DNA of 64,000 nucleotides, taken from contig CATNEN010000029.1 of the NCBI GenBank assembly GCA_950097015.1, forward strand, positions 7,874,001 through 7,938,000, written 5' to 3'. Below the pieces are notes generated by a model that had not been told where the DNA came from, searched no databases, and saw only the letters and a list, made by a program, of their open reading frames with translations. Positions within the stretch are counted from its first letter, which is position 1. The number at the start of each line of letters is the position of its first letter. The DNA comes from Macrostomum hystrix. Taxonomy: Eukaryota > Animalia > Platyhelminthes. The translations under genes and the position numbers were made by a program. This document shows, one piece after another, positions 12,101-23,850 of the stretch.

Positions 12101-15100
12101 TGGCTAGTGTTTGATGCTTTGACCAAGTTTTGTCTCCCGCACGACCTCTGATTGGCTAGTGTTTGATGCTTTGACCAAGTTTTGTCTCCCGCATGACCTC
12201 TGATTGGCTAGTGTTTGATGCTTTGACCAAGTTTTGTCTCCCGCATGACCTCTGATTGGCTAGTGTTTGATGTTTTGACCAAGTTTTGTCTACGCACGAC
12301 CTCTGATTGGCTAGTGTTTGATGCTTTGACCAAGTTTTGTCTCCGCACGACCTCTGATTGGCTAGTGTTTGATGCTTTGACCAGTGCATGCCTGATTTGC
12401 CAGGTTTTTTTACTAATCATTTTTCTCATTCAATGTCACAAAATCTTGTTACAAGCTTGTCTAATCAAAGCACATTCATACACAGAGTGCATACCCTGAG
12501 ACCTGCCAGAATAAAATGAAGGACCAGCTGACTGGCAGATTTGAGAAAAACAACCTGGTTTCCACACTATTTCCTGGCTTTGGTGACATAAAAATGAAAA
12601 TTGCCTGGAGTTTGTTTCTAATTTCATTTACGTCAGTGAGCTTTGACTGACAATGTAACGTGATAGAATAATTGCTGCTTGTAGTGGCAGCACATTTTTT
12701 CTGCGAAACTAGCACAAGACTAAACTAGAGGAGGAGACCAGAAGAGTAACGATTATAGGTACGGAGAAATTGGAGGGCAAATAAGAAGAGAGCAGATGAG
12801 GAGGGGAGGTGAGGGCAGAGGGGTTGAGCTTGTAAGGAGAAAGCTCGTAAAGTTCTGGAATAAAGAAATTACTCATTACAGGCTGAGACTAAATGTAGCT
12901 CTCAATTGGCTAAAGGCAGATTCAAAGTGGTATTGCTTAGCATTCCAAAAGTGGAAACGCCAAATATAGTAAAGTTAAAGCAGGAAATCCTCATAACAGA
13001 CGCCCACTCGCCAGACCGGACAAAATCCTTGTTCCAGACAGTTTGTGTGCAAGGGTAGCAACTGGAACTAAAGCAATAACATTTCAGAAGTGCAGAAGAA
13101 GGACAACAGGAAATGCTGGTTTCCATTCTTATTTACCGAGTGAGCAAACAGAAAGGACAGAACGGACAGAATGTTTACACAACTGCGTGACAGTGTTTGT
13201 ACGAGTTTTGTAAACAATTAAAATCCTGTTTCTTGTATCAGCTAGCTGCGGCCTCAATTGTGTTACTTTTTTATTTTTCGAATTTGTTTAAGGCACTGTT
13301 TTGATTTTTCGAAAAACGCACGGATCTGTGAATGTGTAAATCCTGTGTAGGCTGTGTACAGCTTTTCAGTCCGTGGACTGGGGGGAGCCAATCACACCAA
13401 ACCTAATTTCTATCCCAGCTGATGCTGGTTACCCATTTAACAGCTTGGTGAACTCAGACACTATTACTTCTAATCAGTGTAATATTTTCGGGAGGGCTGT
13501 GGGCAATGTCACATCATCTGTAGACACTAGACCCGCAGCCAGCCAGGAGGCAATTCTGCCCATTTCGCAGACTCATGAGCACACACGCACACAGGTGTGT
13601 TCATCAGCCTGACTTTCTCATCGTCAGGCAGTGTACACTCCCACTGTGCCTCGGAGGTTGGCCCCCAAGGGCGTAAATTGCACGACAAGCCCCCAAGCCT
13701 TCTCTCCGCGGCTGCGCCCCAAATGAATGTGGCCTCGCCGCGGAATCTATAGCTTATCGAGTCTCTCGATGAAGTGGATTTGAACTCGGACCCAGACACT
13801 AGCGGACAAGCACTCACGAAGGCAGCACGCTGCCAGCAGTCTGGAAGGCCACATTGGCACATCGCAGCTGATGTATGCCAGCTTCAGGGCGTAGCGGGCG
13901 AATATCAGCGAGACCACGGCCTGAGCTGTTGGCCGGATTATCATGACGTTAATCTGCGGGTGGCATTCAGTCACGTGAACTATAGGCATTAATATATTCT
14001 TCGTATTAGGTCAAGGAGTAGGCGATTAGTAAGCGAGAAGAAAAAACGTGAGCCCGCAGCGCATCTCTACTTGTTTATTTCCGGAATCAGCAACACGACT
14101 ACCCAATTAGGAAGAGGGTAAATATATCTCAACTATCTATGACAATTTACAATTTAAAATAACAATTACAGGCTTATGAAGTTCCACTATTTTTTCTGAA
14201 AAGATAACCTGTTTACTGAGTACTAGGGCGCTACATCGCAAACATGCGTAAATACATATTGTATTATGAAACTTATTTTGGCGTAAAATGTAAATAGATA
14301 AGCTTGTTTTTCTCGTCTGCAACGGAAACACGACAATTCATAAATTTTTCATTCATTTACTCGTACTATGAAAATGTTTGGCCTAGACAGCACGTGACAC
14401 GCACGCCAGAACCCTCTTAATTCCTTTCTTCCGTGTGAAAGGAAGGAAACAGAAATATGACGAAATTCTTCTATCAGATAGCTGCTAATAGTTCGACCTT
14501 GCCGAGACAGTAAAAACAGTGTGAATCATCCAATTAAAGCAGATGAACAAACGTCTGCCAGACAGAAAACGGAACGTCTGTGTACGAAGGATAGGGCACA
14601 GCTGGTGTGAGTTTGCCGCCCACACACTCCCTACTGACTTGTTGTTAACAGCCCTACACACACTCAGTATTCAGGAGCACGTGATGCCTCCGCCCGCGTT
14701 GCTGCGCGTACATCGCCTAAAAACTCAGCTACTGTACGCATTTAACTCTCTCTCCCACCTCATCTGGACTTTTTCTCAAGTGCAATTCCATAAATAGAGT
14801 TAGTTTTTGAGCACTGAGTAAAGACAGACTGAGTATAGGGGTTGGGAGACGTAGACAGATTACAGAAACATCTGCCCCCTGAGCGGATGACACAATGAAG
14901 GGTTCGTGACAGGCCAGAGTACCTTACAGCAGCGGCGCGTGTCCACAATGCGAAGGGCACATGAGTATGTGCGTGCCAGAAAAAACTAGAATACAGCATA
15001 GCTAGCTGTCAATCTACCATCCCAGCACGCTTGTTCTCATCGCTCAGTCATCGCTGGCCTGACCTGACCCACCCATCAGATTTTTTTACAATTGAAAGCA

Positions 15101-15652
15101 GAAGATAGCTTACTCCAGTTTACAGTCCATTTTTAACCAAAGCGACAGCATGCTTCAGGTAGATAATGCAGTCGCTTCCTACACTCAATATCGATAATAA
15201 AATCCATTCAATCCAATCTGAAACTCACCCACAGCTGTAGGAAGCCGGCCAAGTTACCGAAGGCAATCTTAATATAAGCATAGTCACCGCCACTCTCAGA
15301 AATGGTGGTGCCGAGCTCGGCATAGCACAGTGCGCCAACCATGGACACAATGCCGCCAAGGCTCCATGTGATCAGGGAGAATCCGATCTGAAAATTTAAG
15401 CACCTCATTTCATAAAAAATACATTTAGAGGTCTTTTAATAGGCAGTTTGTAAGGGCAGTCAAACCCACAGAGCCGCCGCAGTACTTCAGCACTCCTGTT
15501 GGCGTGAGGAAAATTCCGGAGCCAATGATGCAGCCCACAATGATGTTGATGCCGCTGATGAGGCCGATCTCTCGTTTGAGTTCGATTTTTTCGCCACCAT
15601 TCCCGCCTTCACAGGCTGCAGCTTCCTTGCTGCCACTCTTTTTCAGAGACAT
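3101..15652 (-). CDS. SLC7A (LAT-family): L-type (SLC7/LAT, APC superfamily) amino acid transporter light chain, 9 coding exons, 492 aa
   Basis: Exons: 15470-15652, 15229-15387, 13818-13953, 10319-10444, 7715-7826, 7586-7630, 7149-7272, 4496-4696, 3101-3493. All introns are GT-AG with matching phases; total 1479 nt = 492 aa + TGA. Family motifs: [95 protein letters not shown]. Exons 4-6 were found by reading the reverse complement and are not in the ORF track. Confidence 0.95.
3701..4004 (-). mobile_element. tRNA-derived SINE, family A (full-length copy, SLC7 intron 8)
   Basis: Minus-strand head with A box TGGCAGAGCGG (3985-3995) and B box GAGTTCGATTCC (3942-3953); 3' end GGGTCTAGTGTCA. Homologous copies are at 745-845, 13523-13746, 23100-23300, 24280-24570 and about 58420-58465. 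Confidence 0.85.
4701..6930. repeat. 22-bp minisatellite GGATGA(A/G)ATTCCAATACAAAAA, about 101 copies, in SLC7 intron 7
   Basis: Continuous array that is stop-free in all three minus frames, giving the 742-823 aa artefactual ORFs. Confidence 0.98.
6931..7081. repeat. 30-bp tandem repeat x5 (tcccaatccagaggtcagtaatgcttcaga)
   Basis: Five aligned copies abut the 22-bp array; one copy has a single substitution. Confidence 0.97.
8058..8092. repeat. Imperfect (CAG)n microsatellite in SLC7 intron 4
   Basis: cagcagcagcaaaagcagcagcagcagcaacag. Confidence 0.8.
8826..10200. repeat. Compound 54-bp/32-bp satellite with an internal hairpin (CGACTA-AAGA-TAGTCG), SLC7 intron 4
   Basis: 54-bp unit cgactaaagatagtcgagcatgtgtcccttctcgaccaaagatgtgtctcttcc, with 32-bp units in the middle and a 194-bp higher-order duplication (9603-9796 / 9797-9990). 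Confidence 0.95.
10931..11279. repeat. 20-bp minisatellite GTCACTCTGTTCCTGTACCA, about 17 copies, SLC7 intron 3
   Basis: Near-perfect tandem array. Confidence 0.98.
12019..12384. repeat. 52-bp tandem repeat x7, each containing CTGATTGGCT (CCAAT box), SLC7 intron 3
   Basis: Unit ccaagttttgtctcccgcacgacctctgattggctagtgtttgatgctttga. Confidence 0.96.
13523..13746 (-). mobile_element. SINE family A, 5'-truncated copy
   Basis: Aligns to 3701-3950 (gacactagacccgcag...ggcctcgccgcggaatc). Confidence 0.85.
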
Positions 15653-18314
15653 GAAGATTCAAAACTGCTTCTGAAATGTTTCAATAAAGAGAAATATATT
15701 ATTCTGGCATCTAATAATTATGCTAATTGTTTCCAAAATCCCTTGAAAATATTATATTAATATATTAGACTTCATTTATTATATTGTATTTTATTTCTAC
15801 TGACTTTTGTACACTCAACTACTAATCATAAATAAAAAAATGGCCAATATATACTATTATCTATGAAGTCTAGCATAGCTTTAAAGTTGGATATTTAGTA
15901 AAAAACGGTGTATCCATGTAAAATATTGCCATTATTACTTAAACTTTAATTTAAATAAATCCAAACTTGATGGAGGACAAGTGGATAAAAATTGGAATCA
16001 TAGCTAATTAAACAATTGTCTTGCTTCTTAAATTATTAATTATCTACATATATTCCTAACTAGATTTCAAGCTAGTATATTTATATGTTAAATATATAGA
16101 TATTCGCCCTTGTGGAAGAAAAAATTAAGATATTTAAGTTCACCACTTTTATAACATTCCTGCTTCTTAATCTTAGTTTTACTCTAACTGTTCTAGACTC
16201 TAGTATGATTTATATTACCTAATATAAGTGAAATTAAAAAGTGCAGTCAAACGAACAACGTAAATTACTAAGACAAAGTATTTGAATCAGATCAAGCAAT
16301 TAGCATAAAAATGCTTGGTCAGGTTGTTATTAGTTGAAAAAATTACAATAAATTACTAAGCTTGATCTTGAATATTCTTTATTCTAAAGTTAACAAACCA
16401 TTTCTGAATCGCAAACTGTTTAGCTAAAAAACAAACAATATGTGCACACGAAATATACTTACTTGGAGTTGTACACGAAAGTGGTGAAATTATGCGCATC
16501 TATGTAGCGAGGGATAGAAAGCAAAGCAAAGCATACGAGTTGTGTAACGTCGGACGCGATAAAAAACGTGCTTTTATATGTTAAAAATAATTGCGTATTT
16601 ATAATTGTTACTTTGTGTGTGTGAATTTTAATTGTGGGCAAAAAGCTAGTAATAAATAGTAACTCTTAGTTTGGCGATATTCTATTTTCTTGAGATAATT
16701 TCAATATAGCTATGTATCAGTGTTTTAATAGAATTGCTTGACGGTGTGAGCTAAACCACTGTTTCAAGATTTTTTCCTGACATCTGCAGATACTTATATC
16801 TCAGATAGATGACATACATGATCGTATGTCAAATTTCTCGTCTTAAAATAACAGTCTGTTTTCTACTATTATATTTTAATTTTTTATTACAGTATTTTAC
16901 CCCCGCTGTGGGTTTATGTTTTTCTTTAATAAAATATTACAGTGCAAGCTTCTCTTCTCCCTGTAGAGTACGTCAATGTTTTTTCTGTAACATATAATTA
17001 CAGGATGCTTATTCTCCTGATCTGGCTTAATTTAAGCTTAATTGCTTTTTATGCCCTTTTCGAGATACCTTTTTTAGCTCATTGTTAAACTCCAGTATTT
17101 TAGCAGTTTGATTGACACTTTGGGAAGTTTAGATGCAAATCATATCAATCAAAATATATCAGCGATTCAACGGTACTTTATTATGACAATCATGGAGTGA
17201 TCTCTAGATCTGATAGGCGATAATAATATTTATCTAAAGGATTTTTTCTTAAGGAGCATATATAATTAGAACTAAAATTTGGCTATTTATGTAAGCTGAC
17301 GGGTAAATCCACATAAGACATCCCACATCGAATTAATGATCACACGCAGGCAGCTCTACGGTGCAGCTTACACGTAATACGATCCTCAGTTAATAAAAAG
17401 ATTTTCCTTCACTATAGACTCTAACAGCTAAGCTGGCACGCAGGTTGTCAAGGGCACCAAAAGCTTTGTTTAATTAATGAAATTAATTAAGACAAGCAAA
17501 GTCAAGGTCTGTCAAACTCACGCGTCAGGTCGAGATGTCTGAGCATCGCTTGGCTGAGCGCATCTAATTGTGCCGCTGCAGTAGCAACCTAAGTGTGATC
17601 GCGTATCGAACCTGGTTATAATTTTTGTTTCATGCATGCCAATAAAAATGGTGCTGCAGAGCCTAATTAGAGGTACATGCTACCTACAACTACCAGTCTT
17701 CATTTTAAGGCTTAAAAACCCACAAAATGAGTATTTGTGGTAGAATTTACTGAAACTCACCATTTATTGAGACTGAATTCGATCATATCTTAACTGAGAC
17801 TTTTCGAAAATCGGTCACCTAGTTTGGGAGCTACGAGTATCGTGAAGCAGGCAGCGGGTATTTGAACTACCCCCGTGGTCTCTCCCCAGGGGGAGTATAG
17901 CGTGGTCTTCGTGACCATACCCGCTTAACTTATGATTAACAGGAATTTTATACTGTTAATGATACCTAGAGAATATTTTCACACTGATACAATGTCCACT
18001 TGTTGTATCCACTTCAAGAAATCATCGCACTTTATTGCTGAACAAGAATTAAGTTTCTATTTGCATTTCTGGTTGAGCGAATTTTTGTAGCGGAAACACT
18101 ACAACGAAAGCAGAGCCTAAAGACCCATGTAATTAGCTCGTATGTCACATGTTTCAAGTGTCTTGCTCAAGGAAACGAATTGCTTCCCGATGTCTGAGAT
18201 TCGAACTATATACCTCTCGATCTGAAGTCCGAAGCTCAAACCACGTAGCTTTAGGCTTCCCTAACCGATGGTTGTCCCTCCACTCGAGGTTTAAGTCACT
18301 GCTTTGAGTCAGCT

Positions 18315-18716
18315 CAAAGGGGCGGATAACTCAGTCAGTAAGGTGTCGGACTCTGGATCAGATGATCCTGGGTTCGACTCCCGACCTAGTATAGTACTTT
18401 TCTTGCAGCCTTTGGCAAGCTGCTTTGCCCTGATGTGCACACAGTCTCCACTCAGCTGCAAATGAGTACCGACATTTCGTCGGGTAATAATAATTCCGGC
18501 TGGAGTGGAATAAAGCAGTTCTGTGCGGCAATTCTGTGGGGTTTGGATGCTGCCGATATGTTTGGAAAAAATAAATTCAATTGCTGACACGCGGCTGTCA
18601 ACCGGTGTCCGAGAGAGCCGGGGAGTACATTAGGTGTGCAGTCCCCACCTGCTAGTGTGCCTGACACAACACCTGCACTGGCCCTTGGGTCTAGTGTCAA
18701 ATTATTATTATTATTA
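18315..18716 (+). mobile_element. tRNA-derived SINE, family B, full length with 12-bp target-site duplication
   Basis: Head ggcggataactcagtcagtaaggtgtcggactctggatcagatgatcctgggttcgactccc; (ATT)n tail; TSD TTTGAGTCAGCT at 18303-18314 and 18717-18728. Confidence 0.92.
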
Positions 18717-19734
18717 TTTGAGTCAGCTGACATCTAATTAGCTAAGCACGCAGGTTGAGCGTGGCTTAATTAGCTAGCTTCTAGTCTGGAATCAGCTACA
18801 CTCTTACAGGGAAAGCTGCTTCTAAAATGGAAAAAATGTAACAGATTTCATTGGCAATGTTTCGTGAGGCAAAATACTATGCTGCATGGTGAACTGTATC
18901 GATATTTTAATTGCAAGAAAAGATACTCATCAGAGAGGTTGCCACTCTCTATTGATTGATTGGCACCCCCAATCTTGAGCCGTTTCTCATCCCGAATTGT
19001 GCGATGCAGTGTGACCGAACTCAATGAAGAAGCAGAGCAGTCCACTGCTCACATTTTAACATAGAGTAGAGGAGATCAATATCAGGCATTTCACTGGTTC
19101 CGTTTAAACTTAGTAAATTAGTTTTCTTTCCTTAATCTGTCACCTGAAGTAAGAATCTCAAGTTATGTACTTTTGTAGCAAATCCGTTCCTGGGTCGTCA
19201 TGTCATTTCTATTCTGCTATCAAATTATCATTTTTACAGTACAATTAGTTGATTGTACTATATCGTTAAATTGTATCAGATGACCCTGTCTATATGGAAA
19301 AGATCAGCCCCTTGGTTAAGGTACTTGTCAAAAAACATGACAACATAGCGTTAGAAAGTCAAATTGATCATTCTTGTTTTGAATTGCCTCCGGTCAAGTG
19401 ACTTACTTGGAGGAATGGAAGCCTGTTGAAATACCACTCGCAGACATAATGAGCTGGAAGGATTTGGCGTGACATGGCAATCAAATACCTGAAGTAGATT
19501 CTTCAATATTTATTGCGAGCTTTTGAAACACTTTGTGCCAATTATCCTGATTATGATAACGATTGCGAGGAGAAATGATAGAGAATCATGATGCTGGATA
19601 AGTGCTGATGAACTGACTACATTTGTCGTTTTGTTTACAAATTCAGCAATTTTCACTCACAGAATGAGTGAAGTTGAATGAATGAACAGACGCATTACTC
19701 ATGAATTGGCGTGAATTCGAAAACTTTAGGCCAG

Positions 19735-19975
19735 CAAGCAGCAACCAGCTATTGCGTGGTGGATCTGAAGGCTGCGTACGGCTGTTCAGTCCATGGACTG
19801 GGGGGACGCCACACCCACCCTCAATTACCCCAGCTGATGCTGGTACCCATTTGATTCTCGAGCACTGAAGCAATGCAGAGTTAAGTGTCTTGCTAAAGGG
19901 CACAAATTGTTTCAGTGGAGTCGGGAATCGAACCCCCGACCTTCAAGTCATGAGTCCGAACCACTAGGCTACAAA
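19735..19975 (-). mobile_element. SINE family C copy
   Basis: Reverse-complement match to 35212-35440, including the B box and central domain. Confidence 0.88.
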
Positions 19976-20574
19976 CGCGAAAATTGAGCATGCAACATTT
20001 TATCACGAAATGCACAAAAAGAAAACATTTAATTTTGACTATCAAAAGCTGATTTGTAACTCCAGATCAAGGTAAATTTGTTCCCGAATTCATTAATTAA
20101 CTTGATTGACAAGCAATCAGATCCTATTCTACCAGTGTAGATTTCCCACGAGGATTTGGAAGGAGATTGGCACTAGATGTTGTTTACTGCGTGGCACTCA
20201 AATCAGTGTGAGACTCTGTGAATTCGGGTTTTATTAAGCTTTCAGAGAGATGCCATGCCATAAGCACGTTAAGAAACCTGCGAGCGTCATTTTTCAGATT
20301 GTCATTGACATTTTTAAGTGCTCCTTATTCTTGGATTACCTTACCAGCTGTCCGTCAGCTGAAAACCCGATGAAATTTCAGTGACCTCCTTCGCCTGCTA
20401 CTTTTACCGGACTTTCGTCATGAAAATCTGGACAATTATTTTTCAATTGTTCTTGAGATATTCGGGCCATGTTGTAGCCAGTTCACAGAGACAAACAAGT
20501 AGGCCGGATCTGTAGTCAGTTCTCTCAATCTGTCAGACTATCAGTTTTTCATCTGTCAATCTGTCAGCAGCCAG

Positions 20575-21475
20575 TCTTGTCAGTCACTGTCAGCAGTCAG
20601 TCAGCCACTGTCAGCAGTCATTTAGTTAGCCACTGTCAGCAGTCAGTCAGTCAGCCACTGTAAGCAGTCAGTCAGTCAGTCACTGTCAGCAGTCAGTCAG
20701 TCAGCCACTGTCAGCAGTCAATCAGTCAGCCACTGTCAGCAGTCAGTCAGCCACTGTCAGCAGTCAGTCAGTCAGCCACTGTCAGCAGTCAGTCAGTCAG
20801 CCACTGCAAGCAGTCAGTCAGTCAGTCACTGTCAGCAGTCAGTCAGTCAGTCACTGTAAGCAGTCAGTCAGTCAGTCACTGGAAGCAGTCAGTCAGTCAC
20901 TGTCAGCAGTCAGTCAGTCAGTCACTGTCAGCAGTCAGTCAGTCAGTCACTGTCAGCAGTCAGTCAGTCAGTCACTGTCAGCAGTCAGTCAGTCAGTCAC
21001 TGTCAGCAGTCAGTCAGTCAGTCACTGTCAGCAGTCAGTCAGTCAGCCACAGTCAGCAGTCAGTCAGTCAGCCACTGTCAGCAGTCAGTCAGTCAGCCAC
21101 TGTCAGCAGTCAGTCAGTCAGCCACTGTCAGCAGTCAGTCAGTCAGCCACTGTCAGCAGTCAGTCAGTCAGCCACTGTCAGCAGTCAGTCAGCCACTGTC
21201 AGCAGTCAGTCAGCCACTGCAAGCAGTCAGTCAGTCAGTCACTGTCAGCAGTCAGTCAGTCAGTCACTGTAAGCAGTCAGTCAGTCACTGTCAGCAGTCA
21301 GTCAGTCAGTCACTGTCAGCAGTCAGTCAGTCAGCCGCAGTCAGCAGTCAGTCAGTCAGCCACTGTCAGCAGTCAGTCAGTCAGCCACTGTCAGCAGTCA
21401 GTCAGTCAGCCACTGTCAGCAGTCAGTCAGTCAGCCACTGTAAGCAGTCAGTCAGTCAGCCACGGTCATTGTCAG
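20575..21475. repeat. (CAGT)n-derived compound micro/minisatellite (gtcagcagtcagtcagtcag[c/t]cact)
   Basis: About 900 bp of 21-25-bp units built from CAGT tetramers. Confidence 0.95.
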
Positions 21476-21736
21476 TCTGTCATCCACTGTCATCTGAGAT
21501 GTAAGAAGTCAGAAGATGCTCAGTCGCGGTCACTGCGCCTTCAAGGGTCATTCTTCCAAGTGAAGTGTGATGCCAACCGTCTCAGCCAATCAGATTGCAG
21601 AGCAGATGCTCATATAAGACCATGGCTGGAGATACCCCTCTGTTTGCTACCAAGCGAGGAACAGTTAATCAGTTCGCTCAAAATTACAAGTTTCTTCAAC
21701 TTGCAAATTGCGCGGCCAATCTAACAGTGAAAAAAA

Positions 21737-23850
21737 ATGAGGTAAAATTCTTTAGTGCGTCTGATTCCAATATTGTACGTATAATTTTGTGCCAATGCTT
21801 TTATCCAGTAATGTTAAGCTCCCTGTTTGAAACAGCGCCTGTACAGGAATAGTATACGCACTGGGTTTGTTTCTATGGGGCCAGTTGGAAATCGAATTTG
21901 TGTCGAAAAAAACGCAGTTATGCAGCGAGGCATTAAAAATATGCATTTAGACTGGAAAACACAGGACAGCCATCTCAGGCAACTGAAATTGACTCACATA
22001 AATGAGATTCACTTGGAATCGCACTGGACCCATATGAAACTGAGTAGGGTGAGAGATCGAAGGGTGATAGGCTACACTGCTGAGTTAATATTTCATGCCC
22101 ACTGTGGGACTGATAATCAGAGAATAACACTCGAGAGCACTTCCTGATGGATCTGGGGTTAGAAAAGTTATAGTATGCCGTCTGTGTGGCGCTTCAGGTT
22201 TTGAGTTTAGCTGCGGCTGAAGGACATATCTCTGATAGTCTCAGTAATTTTAAAACAATGTCTTTAATTTGGATTCTAGAAATTTCATGCATCTCAGCGG
22301 ACCCTCTTCGTTCCAGCAATCCGAAGCTGCCCGTGGTGACCCACGTGCTACTCATTGCCGGTTTCTGTGCGCTGCTGTGGGCCCCGCTAACCGTCTGGGG
22401 CAACTCGCTAGCCGAGGACGAAGAGCTGACGGGTGAGTCACAGTGCGTCCCAATCAACCAATGTACCCTCGTTACAATGTGCCCACTATCTAGGTGGGAT
22501 TAGCGAGTAAGCCGACATTCGAGGATTGGGCTAATCAGGAACTTTACTCTGAAATGGACTCAGTCGTCGACTTTGTACTCCTGTAGTGACGCATCAGAGC
22601 ATTATCCTCACAGCTCACTAGTCGTGCTCAGTTGATCTCGTTCTGTTTTACGCATTTCAAAGGACGGACTAATTTTGAGATTGTAATCTACAAAAGAAAT
22701 CAAAAAAATCTTTGTGTCTTGTCAATTGAGACATTGTCTGGCGGCATTGCAGTTGAGGCACTAATGAGACAGCTTCAGCTGGCGACGTACCGGAAGCTGG
22801 TCCGAGTCGCGACCAAATTGACTTATTGCACCCTGTCTGCTCTTTCACCCATCTTAGGCATTCTGTCTAGTGGATTGAAGTGAAATACGGACTCAGACAA
22901 GCTTATAGCTCTCATTTGCAATGCAGATGGGAGTTTTACGTGCAATAGGGTCTAACCCTCACTGTCTAGCATAATCAGCTTTGTTGAAGCTCATCAGCGA
23001 ATATAGCGATCAATAATTCATTCATGTTATATCATTAAAAAACACGCATTACCGTTTCACTCGAAAGTCCGTTGAATGCTTGCACACAAGGAATTATCAG
23101 CTACTGGCGGTGTGACCAATTCTGCCCATTTCGCTGACTCCTGAGCACACACTCACACAGGTGTGTACATCTGCCCTGACTTTCTCATCATCAGGCAGTG
23201 TACACTCACTGTGCCTTGAAGGTTGGCGCTCAAGGGCGAAAATTTTCCGACAAGTCCCCAAGCCTTCTCTCCACGGCTGCACCTCAAATAAATGTGGTGC
23301 CACTCACCCCCCAATAGACACCTGAGGCTGTGTACAGCTGTTTAGTCCATGTACTGGTGGAGGCTGCCACAAGCATCAAAATTTCTACCCTACGAACTGA
23401 AGGACTAGCGAATAAAGTGTCTTGCTGAATTACACAAATTGTCTCCCTTGGACTGAGATTCGAACTCCCGATCTCTTTTTTAGAATTCCGAAGCCCCAAT
23501 AAATACTGGGCTTATTTACATTCTCATTGCTAGAATTTCGGTTGGTTGTGGCAGCCTCATTATCTTCAATACCTCGTTGCACCTGTAAATTTGGGTTCCG
23601 GAAAGGAAAGTGTTGCGGTGTGTTGAAGATTGAAGATGAAACTCAAGCAAACGCTCATCGCATTGCAGAGAAGCGAGGCGCCAAAGACGTGATCGCCTAC
23701 TTCCCCTGCTCATACGGCGGCATCCCGTACCCGGTGACCTGCGGCAGCGGCACGGGGCCCAGGATCTTCAAGTCGAAGAACAAATTTCTGGTCTGCGTGT
23801 GCCTCTGCCCGCCAGACAAGACCGGCCCGAATTGTGGGGGCAGCTCCTGA
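21737..23850 (+). CDS. Putative secreted cysteine-rich prepropeptide (100 aa: signal 1-30, acidic pro 31-43 ending KR, mature 57 aa with 6 Cys)
   Basis: Model: 21737-21741 (ATG AG|gtaaaa), 22317-22432 (ccctcttcgttccag|...ACG G|gtgagt), 23669-23850 (cattgcag|AG AAG CGA GGC...TGA). Phases 2 and 1 match; 303 nt. Translation: MSNPKLPVVTHVLLIAGFCALLWAPLTVWG-NSLAEDEELTEKR-GAKDVIAYFPCSYGGIPYPVTCGSGTGPRIFKSKNKFLVCVCLCPPDKTGPNCGGSS. The last two exons have GC-rich third positions like the other genes here. The 5-nt first exon is the least certain part. Confidence 0.7.
23100..23300 (-). mobile_element. SINE family A, partial copy in intron 2 of the peptide gene
   Basis: aattctgcccatttcgctgactcctgagcacac...caagtccccaagccttctctccacggctgc matches family A. 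Confidence 0.8.

Noticed and set aside
18315-18390. tRNA genes (also about 3930-4004, 19900-19975, 35212-35285, 48360-48430)
   Set aside because: A and B boxes are present, but each continues into a shared repeat body with a tail or TSD and lacks a clean cloverleaf. They are SINE heads.
20345-20500. Possible 5' UTR exon of SLC7 (minus strand, CTG|GTAAGG donor, 30-codon uORF)
   Set aside because: There is only a donor motif 4.7 kb upstream and no independent support.
23534-23668. Longer last exon for the peptide gene using the upstream acceptor at 23534 (10 Cys in total)
   Set aside because: It is in frame but AT-rich like intron sequence, and it separates the acidic pro-region from the KR site. 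The 23669 acceptor gives a more coherent precursor. It remains a possible minor isoform.
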